Shown here: piece after piece, positions 20,439 through 31,055 of the stretch
How positions within the stretch are numbered: position 1 is the stretch's first letter
Layout of the letters: each line of letters opens with the position of its first letter
Source of the DNA: Alphaproteobacteria bacterium
GTDB taxonomy: Bacteria; Pseudomonadota; Alphaproteobacteria; UBA6615
Length of the DNA stretch: 64,000 nt
Direction of reading: 5' to 3'
NCBI GenBank assembly: GCA_022449545.1
Contig: JAKUPN010000002.1
Span: 123,255-187,254, forward strand
Translations under genes and position numbers: made by a program
Notes under the pieces: model-generated
Seen by the model: the letters and a program-made list of their open reading frames with translations, nothing else
The model's database searches: none
What the model was told of the DNA's origin: nothing

Positions 20439-20643
20439 AATTGCTAAACTCCTAAAATTAGATAATGCTTAAACAGGTATTTAATCTAACACGCTATGCC
20501 TACAAGTCGAGGGGGGATATTATATCAAATTAGGATCACATCTATTTGAATATAGTGTTAGGAGAAATTAAGGTATTAATAATCAGGCTTTAATGCATTA
20601 AATACAATTAAATTATTTTAGATTCTGTAATTAAGGAGAAATT

Positions 20644-21714
20644 ATGCTTTTTAAGTGCGCCCATAATGCCCCAGAGACAGGCTCTGCAGGTCACCGGATA
20701 CAGTTGAATGATACAAACGTCAGGTCCGTGGATATACATTGTCACCTGCATGTGCCAAAGGTGGATGCCATGGTTAAGGACGTTTTTGACGTAAAGTTTG
20801 AACCTCTAATTAACTATGCCAGTGATGAAACACGCTCTTACCAGCAAAAGCATGTGCAAGATATTATGCCAATGGCCACAGATGTAGCAACACGGATAGC
20901 CAACATGGACGCAGCGGGTGTTGATGTTCAGGCAGTCTCGACGGCTCCGGGACATTACTGCTATTGGGTAGAGCCAGATCTTGGGCGTGAAGTAGCACAG
21001 ACTGTTAATAACTCACTGGCTGAACTGGTTAATGGAAATCCAGATAGATTCGTTGCTCTTGGCTCAGTTCCCTTGCAAGATCCAGAAATGGCAGTTTCAG
21101 AGCTAAATCGGTGCGTAGATGAGTTGGGCATGCGCGGGGTTGAGATTTCAACAGACGTTTGTGGGACAGAGTTGTCTAGAGCCGGCCTAGATAGATTCTT
21201 TGCTAGAGTAGAAGAATTGGGGGTTATAATCTTTATGCATCCAGGCGGCTTTACGGAGAGTGCTCGTTTTGCAGATCACTATTTCAGTAATATTATTGCT
21301 AATCCTCTGGCGTCAACGGTTGCCGTGCATTATTTAATTTTTGATGGCGTCATGGATCGTCACCCCGGATTGAAAATCTGCGTTGCGCATGGAGGAGGTT
21401 TCATGGCTTCCTATTCTGGGCGGATTGACCATGCTCATCCGCTCAGACCAGATATGCAGCGACATCTTCCTAAGGATAAAATTCCAACAGATTATCTCAA
21501 GAGATTTTATTTTGATACAGTCGTTTTTACTGACCATCAATTAGAGTATTTGGTGAAAGTTTTTGGGGCTGATCATATATTGATGGGAACAGACTATCCC
21601 TATGATATGGCTGAGGTTGATCCTGTAGGGCATGTTAATAGTGCCGATTTATCGGATAGCGAAAAAGCTGCAATTATAGGCGGTAATGCGGCTAAACTGT
21701 TGTCCCTTAATTAA
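20644..21714 (+). CDS. amidohydrolase-2 family protein (ACMSD/LigW-type decarboxylase-like)
   Basis: Motifs include HCHLHVP and MGTDYPYDMAE. It is the first of a tandem paralog pair. Confidence 0.7.
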   Translation: MLFKCAHNAPETGSAGHRIQLNDTNVRSVDIHCHLHVPKVDAMVKDVFDVKFEPLINYASDETRSYQQKHVQDIMPMATDVATRIANMDAAGVDVQAVSTAPGHYCYWVEPDLGREVAQTVNNSLAELVNGNPDRFVALGSVPLQDPEMAVSELNRCVDELGMRGVEISTDVCGTELSRAGLDRFFARVEELGVIIFMHPGGFTESARFADHYFSNIIANPLASTVAVHYLIFDGVMDRHPGLKICVAHGGGFMASYSGRIDHAHPLRPDMQRHLPKDKIPTDYLKRFYFDTVVFTDHQLEYLVKVFGADHILMGTDYPYDMAEVDPVGHVNSADLSDSEKAAIIGGNAAKLLSLN

Positions 21715-21745
21715 TTCTAATTTAACTTTTTAGTTAAAATCATAA

Positions 21746-22840
21746 TTGTTAGGAAATAAGATGTTATTTAGATGTACGACTAAAGCGCCCGCAACCGATC
21801 ATGGCCACACAGAGGTTGTAAATAATGGAAGCAAACACTTTACGGTAGACGTGCATTGTCATGTGCATGTTCTAGAAGCTGATGCTATGCTAGCTGACCC
21901 TGCTGTCGCAGATCAGGCAAAACTTTATAAAGAAGCAAATGAATTAACGGGCGAGATAAACCGTCAGCAACATAAGGATATTTTGCCTAAGTTAACTGAT
22001 CCAAGTGTGCGTATAGCCGATATGGATAGGTGTGGAATTGATGTGCAGGCATTATCCCCTTCACCATTTCATTATAATTATGCCTATCCAGCAGAATTTG
22101 CTCGCGAGACTTCAGTAGTTGTGAATGATCACATAGCGGGAATTGTTTCAGGAGATCCTGATCGTTTTGTAGGTCTTTGCACAGTTCCATTGCAGGATGC
22201 AGATATGGCAGTAGCTGAGTTAGAGCGGTGTGTTAACCAGCATGGTATGAGAGGAGTAGAGATATCTACTAACGTGCGAGGGCAGGATCTAACGCGTGCC
22301 GGTCTGGAAAAATTTTTTGCTAAAGTGGAAGAGCTGGACGTGATGATTTTTATGCATCCTATCGGCACCAGCTATAAAGAACGAATGACAGACCATTATT
22401 TTCGAAATACTATTGGACATCCATTAGAATCAGCATTGGCTGTTGGCCATCTAGTTTTTGATGGCTATCTAGAAAAATTTCCAGGAATAAAAATCTGCAT
22501 TGCTCATGGGGGGGGATATGTGCCGACTTACTCTGGCAGATTTGACCACCCTTATCATCTTCGTGACGATTGTCGCCAAGTAATTTCGAAACCACCAAGT
22601 CATTATGTTAAGAAACTATATTTTGATACAGTTGTTTTCACTGATCACCAGTTGCGATACTTAGTAGATACTTGGGGAGCTGACCATATAGTGATGGGAA
22701 CTGATTATCCATATGATATGGCTGAAACTGACCCCGTGGGATTTGTAGATGGTACTTCAGGACTCAGCGAGGAACAAAAGTCAACAGTCATGGGAGGCAA
22801 CGCTGCTAGGCTATTAAAAATTAATCCGCCTAGTGTGTAA
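21746..22840 (+). CDS. amidohydrolase-2 family protein (ACMSD/LigW-type decarboxylase-like), tandem paralog
   Basis: Motifs include HCHVHV and MGTDYPYDMAE. Its architecture is collinear with the upstream paralog. Confidence 0.7.
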   Translation: MLGNKMLFRCTTKAPATDHGHTEVVNNGSKHFTVDVHCHVHVLEADAMLADPAVADQAKLYKEANELTGEINRQQHKDILPKLTDPSVRIADMDRCGIDVQALSPSPFHYNYAYPAEFARETSVVVNDHIAGIVSGDPDRFVGLCTVPLQDADMAVAELERCVNQHGMRGVEISTNVRGQDLTRAGLEKFFAKVEELDVMIFMHPIGTSYKERMTDHYFRNTIGHPLESALAVGHLVFDGYLEKFPGIKICIAHGGGYVPTYSGRFDHPYHLRDDCRQVISKPPSHYVKKLYFDTVVFTDHQLRYLVDTWGADHIVMGTDYPYDMAETDPVGFVDGTSGLSEEQKSTVMGGNAARLLKINPPSV

Positions 22841-22917
22841 TTTTTGAGAGAAAGCAGGGCTGTGATTAAAAAGTCAAAGTAGGATTGTGTTTGTAGGTAA
22901 ACTTTTGAATGCTTTGT

Positions 22918-23970
22918 TTAAGTAGTCTCTGGCATTTCAATCCCTAGTGAAATTGCTACTTCAGAAAGACGGTCCCAGGTGCCTTTAGGTAAAGGTATTC
23001 CGCTTTTCTTTCTTTCAGAGAGGACAGTGTCCCCGCGCTCACCAGGGGCGTATATTTCCTTAACGCCCTCTGCGACCGGTAGCGTTTTTATAGAGGCTGC
23101 TAATAAATCAACCTCGTTGGCAAATTCTTCAATATCTATGAAGGCTGAAATGTTGATTGCTGCTGCTAGCCCGTTTTGCCGAAAACCAGAGGGGTCGCCG
23201 CCGGGTTGGATCAATCTTGCTATAAGCGGGTTGCTTCCCATAAGACTGACAAGACATTCAAATAACAGAGAGAGACTAGACCCCTTTGCTCCCCCAAGTG
23301 GCATGAGGATCGAAGCAGAGTTAGGGTCAGTTGTGATATCACCATTTTGATCCAGTGCCCAGTTGTCAGGAATTGCTTCACCGGCATCACGAGCTTCCAA
23401 AACTTTTCCCATAGAAACAGTTGACGTTGACATGTCGACCACAAGAGGCGCGTGATTATTTCCGGGGACTGCAATAGACAAAGGGTTTGTCGATAGACCG
23501 GCAACTCTGGCTCCGTGATAGGCCATCATAGGCCTTGAGGCTATCATGACTATCCCAGCCATATTAGACTTGGCGGCGATTTGAGCGTAATAACCTATTG
23601 CTCCAGTATGTGTTATGTTTTTAGCAATACACCAGCCGATATTGACCTTTCTAGCGCGCTCAATAGCTTCTCTCATGGCACGTTCCATTCCAATTGGGCC
23701 AGGTGACGCATCACAATCGATAACAGCTATAGCTCCCGATGATTTTTCCATTGAAATATTTGGTCTGGGATTTATATTTCCATTTTTTAAGGATTCAACG
23801 TACCTTGGTATTCTTAAAACTCCATGAGAGTCCACGCCACGTAAGTTGGCCCAAACTAAAATTTCAGCCCACAACTCCGCATTCTCTGGTTTAACACTGC
23901 AGGAGGCAAAAACTTTAGCTGCAAAATCTTTAAGAGCCTTGTCACTAACTACTCTAATACCTTCGCTCAT
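22918..23970 (-). CDS. Ldh family (malate/L-lactate dehydrogenase type 2) oxidoreductase
   Basis: The product has an Ldh_2 pattern (GVDSHGVLRIP, NPLSIAVP, DMSTS). Confidence 0.55.
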   Translation of the reverse strand: MSEGIRVVSDKALKDFAAKVFASCSVKPENAELWAEILVWANLRGVDSHGVLRIPRYVESLKNGNINPRPNISMEKSSGAIAVIDCDASPGPIGMERAMREAIERARKVNIGWCIAKNITHTGAIGYYAQIAAKSNMAGIVMIASRPMMAYHGARVAGLSTNPLSIAVPGNNHAPLVVDMSTSTVSMGKVLEARDAGEAIPDNWALDQNGDITTDPNSASILMPLGGAKGSSLSLLFECLVSLMGSNPLIARLIQPGGDPSGFRQNGLAAAINISAFIDIEEFANEVDLLAASIKTLPVAEGVKEIYAPGERGDTVLSERKKSGIPLPKGTWDRLSEVAISLGIEMPETT

Positions 23971-24066
23971 CTACATCCTCCTGAACTATATTCTGCAATA
24001 AAGCTTTTGACGTACCTGGCTATATGGTTGAGCCAGTAACATCTTCTTAAAATTAATTATTTCGAC

Positions 24067-25089
24067 TTATAATTCTTTACGAACTATCATCGCCCCTTTC
24101 ACAAGAGATATTAACTTATCCCTAGATACCTCTCTGGGTAGAGGTACCATTCCACAATTCGTACACGGATAAATTTTATCTGGAGATACATATTCCATAG
24201 ATTTGCGAATCACGTCTGCGACCTGGTCAGGCGTTTCGGCTTCCAGAGTGGTCACATCAATAGCACCTACTAGGACATCTTTTTTACCCTCAAGAAGTCC
24301 GATAACTTCGAAGGGTACACGGGACCCAGCAAATTCCAGTGAAACCTGGTCTATGTTGCTTGAGGCAAGTGCTGGAAGAATTTTATTATATTGATCCCAG
24401 ATCTCTCCCAGGCCAGCTTTCCAATCTAGATTGGCTTTTATTCCGTATCCGTAACAGACATGAACTGCTGTTTTGCAACTAACACCCTCTACTGCAAGAT
24501 TGAGTGCCTCGACCCCCCAGGTGGAAACTTCATCTAAATAAACGTTAAAAGCAGGTTCGTCGAACTGAATAACGTTTACCCCTGCCTCAGCGAGTTCTTT
24601 AGCTTCTAAATTTAAAATACTCGCAAACGCCATGGCGAGCTCAGCACGGTCTCCATAATGATTGTCCGCTAGTGTGTCTACTATGGTCATGGGGCCGGGC
24701 ATAGTGAATTTTAAATCCCTTTTTGTCTGTCTTCTGGCAAAGTTTACCTCACTCAGATGAATGGGACCCGATCGTTGTACTTTCGATATAACTGTAGGAC
24801 AATCTGCCTTATATCTATCGTTTCTAATTCCAATCCTCTGCTTGTTAAGAAAATCAATTCCCTCAATTTTTTCTAGTATACCGTGGACAAAATGTTGACG
24901 AGATTGTTCACCATCCGAAACGATATCTATACCAGCTTGCTCTTGATCACTAATAGCAAGCCTCACTGCATCTCTTTTAGCCTCCTCAAGTCGTGTAACC
25001 TCTTCAATTGACCACTTAGCCCAAAGAACTTCGGGCTCTGCTAACCAAAAAGGTTTAGGCAAGCTGCCACTAATGGTCGTTTTTAACAT
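24067..25089 (-). CDS. cobalamin-independent methionine synthase II family protein (MetE C-terminal domain-like)
   Basis: The product shows a MetE C-terminal catalytic domain pattern (ISGSLPKPFWL, DGEQSR, the C-x-N-C-G zinc site CTNCG). The start was moved to the internal ATG at 25089, which has a GAGGAG RBS. Confidence 0.65.
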   Translation of the reverse strand: MLKTTISGSLPKPFWLAEPEVLWAKWSIEEVTRLEEAKRDAVRLAISDQEQAGIDIVSDGEQSRQHFVHGILEKIEGIDFLNKQRIGIRNDRYKADCPTVISKVQRSGPIHLSEVNFARRQTKRDLKFTMPGPMTIVDTLADNHYGDRAELAMAFASILNLEAKELAEAGVNVIQFDEPAFNVYLDEVSTWGVEALNLAVEGVSCKTAVHVCYGYGIKANLDWKAGLGEIWDQYNKILPALASSNIDQVSLEFAGSRVPFEVIGLLEGKKDVLVGAIDVTTLEAETPDQVADVIRKSMEYVSPDKIYPCTNCGMVPLPREVSRDKLISLVKGAMIVRKEL

Positions 25090-25181
25090 TATTTTCTCCT
25101 CTTGCCCTATATCATTAGTTGCTTTGAATGTTATTTTCATTAATAGATTTACATAATGTGATAATTTCATAAAGAGGAACT

Positions 25182-26018
25182 ATGTTCGCAAAAGAATTAC
25201 CTGTGGGTTGGCCAAAAGGAAAAAAGCTTGCTGTATCAGTAAATATTATGTGTGAGGCATGGACTGACGATGCCGCTCCTGGAATAGGACCAATGGGAAA
25301 TCCATTAAAACCTGGATTCCTTGATACCCAGGCTCGATCTTGGGCTGAATATGGCATAAATATAGGCGCGCATAGATTATTAGATATAATTGGTGAAGCC
25401 GGAGTACCTTGTGGAACATACGCGAGTGGCATTATTGCTGAGAAGTGGCCAGAATTACTTAAACGAATTGACAGAGAGGGGCACTTCATAGGGGCTCACT
25501 CATGGATGCAAAATACGCTTCCTGTATATCTGGAGCCAGAGGATGAAGCAGCGCAATTGAAACGTGGTGTTGAGTTGTTCTCGGATGTCATAGGAAAGAG
25601 GCCAGAAGGCTTTGCAAGCCCCAGAGGCACACCAAGTGCTCATACATGCGAGTTACTAGTTGAAAACGGATTTAAATGGCATATTGATCACTTTAATAGC
25701 GATCTTCCATATTTAATGGAAACAAAAAAAGGGCCGCTGGCTATTGTTCCATTTACGATGGAGGTAAACGACCTTCCACTATATATGAGGTTTGGAAACC
25801 CTCCTGAGGTGTTCTCACAAACTCTTAGGCGAATTGTTGAGAACTACTCAGAAATAGGAAGTCCTCCAGCTGTCCTAGATATAACGGCTCATGCTCATGT
25901 TTTCGGTCGCCCTTTTGGAGCAATAGAAATCAAAGCTGCTATTGACATAGTGAAAAATGTTGATTGGATTTGGATGACTACGCATCAAGAATTAGCAGAA
26001 TTAGTGTATCCGAAATGA
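25182..26018 (+). CDS. polysaccharide deacetylase family protein
   Basis: The product looks like a NodB-fold deacetylase (PuuE/allantoinase-like family resemblance). Confidence 0.5.
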   Translation: MFAKELPVGWPKGKKLAVSVNIMCEAWTDDAAPGIGPMGNPLKPGFLDTQARSWAEYGINIGAHRLLDIIGEAGVPCGTYASGIIAEKWPELLKRIDREGHFIGAHSWMQNTLPVYLEPEDEAAQLKRGVELFSDVIGKRPEGFASPRGTPSAHTCELLVENGFKWHIDHFNSDLPYLMETKKGPLAIVPFTMEVNDLPLYMRFGNPPEVFSQTLRRIVENYSEIGSPPAVLDITAHAHVFGRPFGAIEIKAAIDIVKNVDWIWMTTHQELAELVYPK

Positions 26019-26095
26019 AGCATGTCAGTTTCAATATAAAAACTTTTCGATCAATTAGTTGAATAATTAATGGTGTCATTTAAAGGAAACAGGCT

Positions 26096-27064
26096 ATGAG
26101 TAATAAAGCCCGCATTCTTATTACCCGACGTCATTTACTTGATATAGAGTCCCGATTAAAAAATGACTATGAAATTATCTTGAATGAGGATGATCATATA
26201 ATGTCAGCCGACGAGATAATTGATCTGTCGGAAGGGATCGAAGCATTATTTATTTGTGTCACTGAGCCATTAACAAAAGAAACAATCGAACTCTTACCAG
26301 ACAGTGTAAGGTGCATTCTCACGCTGTCGGTCGGAACGGATCACATTGACTTAGAAGCTGCTAAAGCACGCGGTTTAGCAGTATTAACTACCCCCGGGGC
26401 AGTCACAGATGCCACGGCAGAGATTGGAATGATGCTCCTTCTTGGTGCAGCTCGTCTCGCCCATGCATCTAGCCAGTATATGAGAGAGGGTAATTGGAGC
26501 CTTTGGTCACCCAGGCAGTTTATTGGCGTTGAAATTACTAAAGAGAGTCTTGGAATTTATGGTATGGGAAGAATTGGCCAAACAGTAGCTCGCAGGGCAC
26601 GGGGGTTTGAAATGAGCATTCATTATCACAACCGAAAACGTCTCGCGCCGGAGCTTGAGGAAAAAGCTTTGTACGTTAAAAACGTTGAAGAATTTCTTTC
26701 GATGAGCCAATTTTTATTATTAAGCGCGCCTTCTACGCCTCAGACGCAAAAATTCATTAACGAGAATAGTATAAAAAAATTGCCTCATGGGGCAATCATC
26801 GTGAACATCGGCCGTGGCGATTTAGTAGATGATAATGCTCTTATCAATGCCTTGGAATCAGGTAGGATAGCTGCAGCCGGACTAGATGTTTTTAATGGTG
26901 AGCCCTCAAATATAGATCCTCGTTATTTTAATCTTAAAAATGTATTCATGATGCCTCACATTGGCAGCGCCGCCGTTGGCGCAAGAAATAAGATGGGCAT
27001 GATGTTACTTGATGGATTTGATGCATATAGATCTGGTCGAGATGTGCCTAATAGAGCTATTTGA
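26096..27064 (+). CDS. D-isomer-specific 2-hydroxyacid dehydrogenase (glyoxylate/hydroxypyruvate reductase-like)
   Basis: It has the Rossmann motif GIYGMGRIGQ and the catalytic R/E/H region (MPHIGSA). Confidence 0.8.
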   Translation: MSNKARILITRRHLLDIESRLKNDYEIILNEDDHIMSADEIIDLSEGIEALFICVTEPLTKETIELLPDSVRCILTLSVGTDHIDLEAAKARGLAVLTTPGAVTDATAEIGMMLLLGAARLAHASSQYMREGNWSLWSPRQFIGVEITKESLGIYGMGRIGQTVARRARGFEMSIHYHNRKRLAPELEEKALYVKNVEEFLSMSQFLLLSAPSTPQTQKFINENSIKKLPHGAIIVNIGRGDLVDDNALINALESGRIAAAGLDVFNGEPSNIDPRYFNLKNVFMMPHIGSAAVGARNKMGMMLLDGFDAYRSGRDVPNRAI

Positions 27065-27151
27065 ATTTGTTAAATATTTCTGACGAGTATTGGAATCCTG
27101 AGTTCAATCCTAGTTCATGCCCCTTACTGTTTTTTTATAGCTGATAAATAG

Positions 27152-28048
27152 ATGACAAAAATTAAAGAGATTTTTGATGGATTACCCTTTCAAATTCGCG
27201 GCGCTTTGTGGATGCTTTTGGCTGCTCTTTTTTTCGCGTTTCATGGTCCTATTGTTAGAATGGCAACTCAGGATTTGGACCCACTTATGGTTTCGTTCGT
27301 AAGGTCTGTCTTTGTTTTCTTAATTATGCTGCCCTGGATTATTATGAATCGTGAAACGGCGATGAGGACAAATTGTCTCCCTAAACACGCTATAAGGGCT
27401 GTTTTTTCAATGTCTGGTTTTATTCTTCTGGTTTTAGCTCAGGCAAAACTAACTCTCGCAGAAGTTTCAGCCCTAACCTTTGCGGCACCCCTCTTTGCAA
27501 TAATTGGGGCTGTTCTATTTTTAAAAGAGGTAGTCAAATTTCAACGATGGCTGGCGACTTTTGTGGGGCTTGCAGGTGTCTGGATTGTTCTAAGGCCAGG
27601 AATAGAAGTCGTTGATCCACTATTCATCCTGCCTGTAGGTGCTGCAGTATTTATTGCAGCATCAAACTTAATGATTAAATCACTATCATCAACCGAATCA
27701 TCTAATGCCATAGTTGCTTGGCTCTCAATTTTCTCTATGCCCCTAACACTAATTCCCGCATTGTTTGTCTGGTCTATTCCCAGCTATGAGGGAATCTTTT
27801 GGATTTTTCTCTTGGGTTTATTTGGTGTCGGTGCCCATATGAGTTTGACTAGATCATTAGCGGTTGCAGAAGCATCTGCCGTTCTTCCCTTTGATTATGC
27901 AAGGCTTATATTTACAGCCACCATAGCTTTTTTTGCCTTCGGTGAAGAGCCTTCAATTTGGACTTGGGTTGGAGGAGCAATAATTGTAGGGGCTGTTGCC
28001 TATATAGCCAAGGTAGACGGCAGAAATAGTAGGAGAGAATTAGCGTAA
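27152..28048 (+). CDS. DMT-superfamily (EamA-like) transporter
   Basis: The product has about 10 predicted TM helices and an EamA repeat pattern. Confidence 0.65.
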   Translation: MTKIKEIFDGLPFQIRGALWMLLAALFFAFHGPIVRMATQDLDPLMVSFVRSVFVFLIMLPWIIMNRETAMRTNCLPKHAIRAVFSMSGFILLVLAQAKLTLAEVSALTFAAPLFAIIGAVLFLKEVVKFQRWLATFVGLAGVWIVLRPGIEVVDPLFILPVGAAVFIAASNLMIKSLSSTESSNAIVAWLSIFSMPLTLIPALFVWSIPSYEGIFWIFLLGLFGVGAHMSLTRSLAVAEASAVLPFDYARLIFTATIAFFAFGEEPSIWTWVGGAIIVGAVAYIAKVDGRNSRRELA

Positions 28049-28082
28049 AGTGGTATTCTATGCTAGCTACTGACTTTTCATA

Positions 28083-30422
28083 TTAACTTAGGTGTCTCTT
28101 TATTCTTTTAGTTAGAGACTCTGCAGCACCATCAATTATTGCATCAGCATCAATCTTATATTCTCGATATAAATCAGGCAGGTTTCCAGACTGTCCAAAC
28201 TGATCGACACCCAGTGATGTTGTGGTATGATTTAATACTGCTCCCATCCAAGAGAGGGTAGCAGGGTGTCCGTCGAGTACGGTTACTAGCGCTGCGTCTG
28301 GTGCCAATAAAGAAAGCAAGCTTTCCGCCCGACTGCCTCCTGAATTCCAATCTTTATAGAGTAGATCGGGTGACGTTATTGCAAGAAGCCCAGCTCCGGG
28401 TATGTCTTCTAGAATTTGATCATGTGCTAAAATCGCTTCTGGAGCTATTGCACCAGAGTAAACTATAGCTAACTCTGATCCTGGATTAGGTTCTTTCAGC
28501 CAGTAGGCACCAGAAACTATCTCGTTTTTCTTTTGAGCAAAGTTAGACCTATTAGAGTTGTCAATATTTTTTGTGGATAAACGCAGATAGACAGCCCCTC
28601 CATCAATTTTTTGCATATGCTCAAATGACCATTCCATAATTGTTGTTAGCTCATCGGCAAACGCTGGCTCAAAACTGGTTAGTCCTGGCTGTCCAATACC
28701 TATCAAAGGAGTAAACACAGACTGGTGTGCTCCTCCTTCCGGAGCTAGTGAAATACCGGATGGCGTGGCCACTAAAAGAAATCGAGCATCTTGATAACAG
28801 GCGTAATTTAGGGCATCTAGTCCTCTGGAAATGAAAGGGTCGTAGAGGGCACTTACAGGAAAAAGGCGAGTGCCGAATAATCTATCGGAGAGCCCTAAAA
28901 CCGACAGTAGAAGAAACAAGTTATTTTCTGCGATTCCTAATTCTATGTGTTGTCCAGAGGGATTCATTGTCCATTTAAAGGCGGATGGAACTTTTTCTTC
29001 TCGAAATAGGTCGATCAATTCTTCGCGATGAAATAGACCCCTTTGATTAACCCATCCGGCCATATTTGTTGTTACAGTAACGTCTGGGGTTGTTGTGACA
29101 ATGCGATCAGAAAATTCGTTTTTTTCTCTACCAAGGTCATTAAGAATTCGGCCAAAAGCCTCCTGAGTTGATAGAGATTTTCCACTAGGGACTTTAAAAG
29201 ATGGCACTGTAATTTTTTTTACCTGGACGCTGCTAGTGCGTTGATTAAAAGGGGCATTATTTAAAAATTTTTCGATAATACTATTGTCAAAGTCTAGGCC
29301 TTCTGAGATATCCCATTCATATCCATCTCGGATCATATGTGCGGTTTTAAAGTCTTCCATTTGTTCCAGGTTCATCAAACCTGAATGATTGTCTTTGTGT
29401 CCGGCAAGTGGGGTGTTATAGCCCTTTATGGTGTACGCCACAAAACACTGAGGTGTGTCGTCTTTAACACTTTTAAATGCTTCCAAAGTAGATCTGATGT
29501 CGTGGCCACCTAGGTTGGTCATTAACTGATGAAGGCTTGAATCATCGTGATCATCTAGTATAGCCCTAATTCCTTTCACTCGGCCTATGTCTGTTTTTAG
29601 GTGAGATCGCCATGCTGAGCCACCCTGGTATGTTAGGGCCGAATAAAGTTGATTAGGGCAATTGTCTATCCAATTCATGAGAATATCGCCCGAGGGTCGT
29701 TTAAAGACTTCTTCTAGCCTCTTTCCATACTTTATTTCGGTAACATTCCATCCCATAGTCCCAAAAAAATCTTTAATAATCTGGAATAGGTTGTCTTGGA
29801 CCATGCCATCGAGACTCTGTCGATTATAATCTATTATCCACCAAAGGTTTCTTACATCATGTTTCCAACCTTCAAGTAATGCTTCAAATACATTACCTTC
29901 ATCTAGCTCAGCATCTCCTAAAAGAGCAACTATAAGTCCTTCAGTATCCTTGCTTTGTCTTTGGTGATGTAATTTAACATAATCTCGTATCATGGCTCCA
30001 AACAGTGTAGTGGCGACGCCCAAACCTACAGACCCAGTAGAGAAGTCTACATCATCCAAATCTTTTGTTCTTGAAGGATATGACTGAGCCCCTCCAAATG
30101 CTCGGAATCTCTCTAATTGATTAAGTGATTGTCGTCCGAACATATATTGGATCGCATGAAACACTGGAGAGGCATGCGGCTTTATAGCAATCTTATCTTC
30201 TGGTCGAAGTACACTCATATATAAAACGGTCAATAGAGTTACTGCGGATGCACATGATGCTTGATGTCCGCCAACCTTAAGCCCATCTTTATTAGGTCGG
30301 ACATGGTTTGCGTTATGTATTAGCCAACTTGATAGCCATAACGCTTTACGCTCAATCGCTTCAAGTAAATCTACGTCATGAGATTTAGAGTATTTGTCAG
30401 AATTATTTTTTTTAGAGCTCAT
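28083..30422 (-). CDS. thiamine-diphosphate-dependent E1-component-like enzyme (homodimeric AceE-type / transketolase superfamily)
   Basis: The N-terminus HDVDLLEAIERKALWLSSW resembles the AceE N-terminus, and GGHQASCASA resembles the TPP-binding region. The product is 779 aa. No E2/E3 partners are present in the window. Confidence 0.45.
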   Translation of the reverse strand: MSSKKNNSDKYSKSHDVDLLEAIERKALWLSSWLIHNANHVRPNKDGLKVGGHQASCASAVTLLTVLYMSVLRPEDKIAIKPHASPVFHAIQYMFGRQSLNQLERFRAFGGAQSYPSRTKDLDDVDFSTGSVGLGVATTLFGAMIRDYVKLHHQRQSKDTEGLIVALLGDAELDEGNVFEALLEGWKHDVRNLWWIIDYNRQSLDGMVQDNLFQIIKDFFGTMGWNVTEIKYGKRLEEVFKRPSGDILMNWIDNCPNQLYSALTYQGGSAWRSHLKTDIGRVKGIRAILDDHDDSSLHQLMTNLGGHDIRSTLEAFKSVKDDTPQCFVAYTIKGYNTPLAGHKDNHSGLMNLEQMEDFKTAHMIRDGYEWDISEGLDFDNSIIEKFLNNAPFNQRTSSVQVKKITVPSFKVPSGKSLSTQEAFGRILNDLGREKNEFSDRIVTTTPDVTVTTNMAGWVNQRGLFHREELIDLFREEKVPSAFKWTMNPSGQHIELGIAENNLFLLLSVLGLSDRLFGTRLFPVSALYDPFISRGLDALNYACYQDARFLLVATPSGISLAPEGGAHQSVFTPLIGIGQPGLTSFEPAFADELTTIMEWSFEHMQKIDGGAVYLRLSTKNIDNSNRSNFAQKKNEIVSGAYWLKEPNPGSELAIVYSGAIAPEAILAHDQILEDIPGAGLLAITSPDLLYKDWNSGGSRAESLLSLLAPDAALVTVLDGHPATLSWMGAVLNHTTTSLGVDQFGQSGNLPDLYREYKIDADAIIDGAAESLTKRIKRHLS

Positions 30423-30539
30423 TTTAGAGCCTTATTTTAAGAAAGAGCTCTGATGATACCATTTATACTAAATTTTCGTGTTGCTAATTAGGCCTTAATA
30501 TAAGAATATTAAACAATATTATATCAATATTTATGATGA

Positions 30540-31055
30540 ATGGAGCATATTATTTCGATAAATGGACTAGATAAGACTGATCGACGAATTCTCGAGGTTC
30601 TACAGAGTGACGCCCGTATAGCTAATGTCGATTTAGCACATAAAGTTAATCTCTCCCCATCTCCATGTCTCCGTAGAGTGCGGCGATTAGAGGAGTCAGG
30701 TTATGTTAGGGGATATGTCTCTTTGCTCGATTCTGCCTCAATCGGACTTCCAGTAAGTGTATTCGTTCAGGTCAGCTTGGAAAAACAAGTTGATGGGGCT
30801 TTAGATGTATTTGAAAGACAAATCTCTGAGCACACAGAAGTTATGGAATGTTATCTTATGACTGGTGATTCAGATTACTTACTTAGGGTTGTTGCCCCAG
30901 ACATAGAATCGTTTCAGCGTTTTTTACTTGAACACTTAACGCGCATTCCTGGCGTGGCGAGTATTAAATCAAGTTTTGCTCTCAAGCAGGTGAGCTATAG
31001 AACAGCTCTACCTCTTTCACATATAGACGAAAATTCTCAAGAGAAAGATTTTTAG
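30540..31055 (+). CDS. Lrp/AsnC family transcriptional regulator
   Basis: It has an HTH region ([37 protein letters not shown]) and a RAM domain. Its stop abuts the start of the downstream amidase (TAGATG). Confidence 0.85.
   Translation: MEHIISINGLDKTDRRILEVLQSDARIANVDLAHKVNLSPSPCLRRVRRLEESGYVRGYVSLLDSASIGLPVSVFVQVSLEKQVDGALDVFERQISEHTEVMECYLMTGDSDYLLRVVAPDIESFQRFLLEHLTRIPGVASIKSSFALKQVSYRTALPLSHIDENSQEKDF

Noticed and set aside
27085-27135. tRNA-like GTTCAATCC motif between the 2-hydroxyacid dehydrogenase and the DMT transporter
   Set aside because: The flanking sequence forms neither a complementary T-stem nor an acceptor stem. No cloverleaf can be built, so it is probably a chance match.
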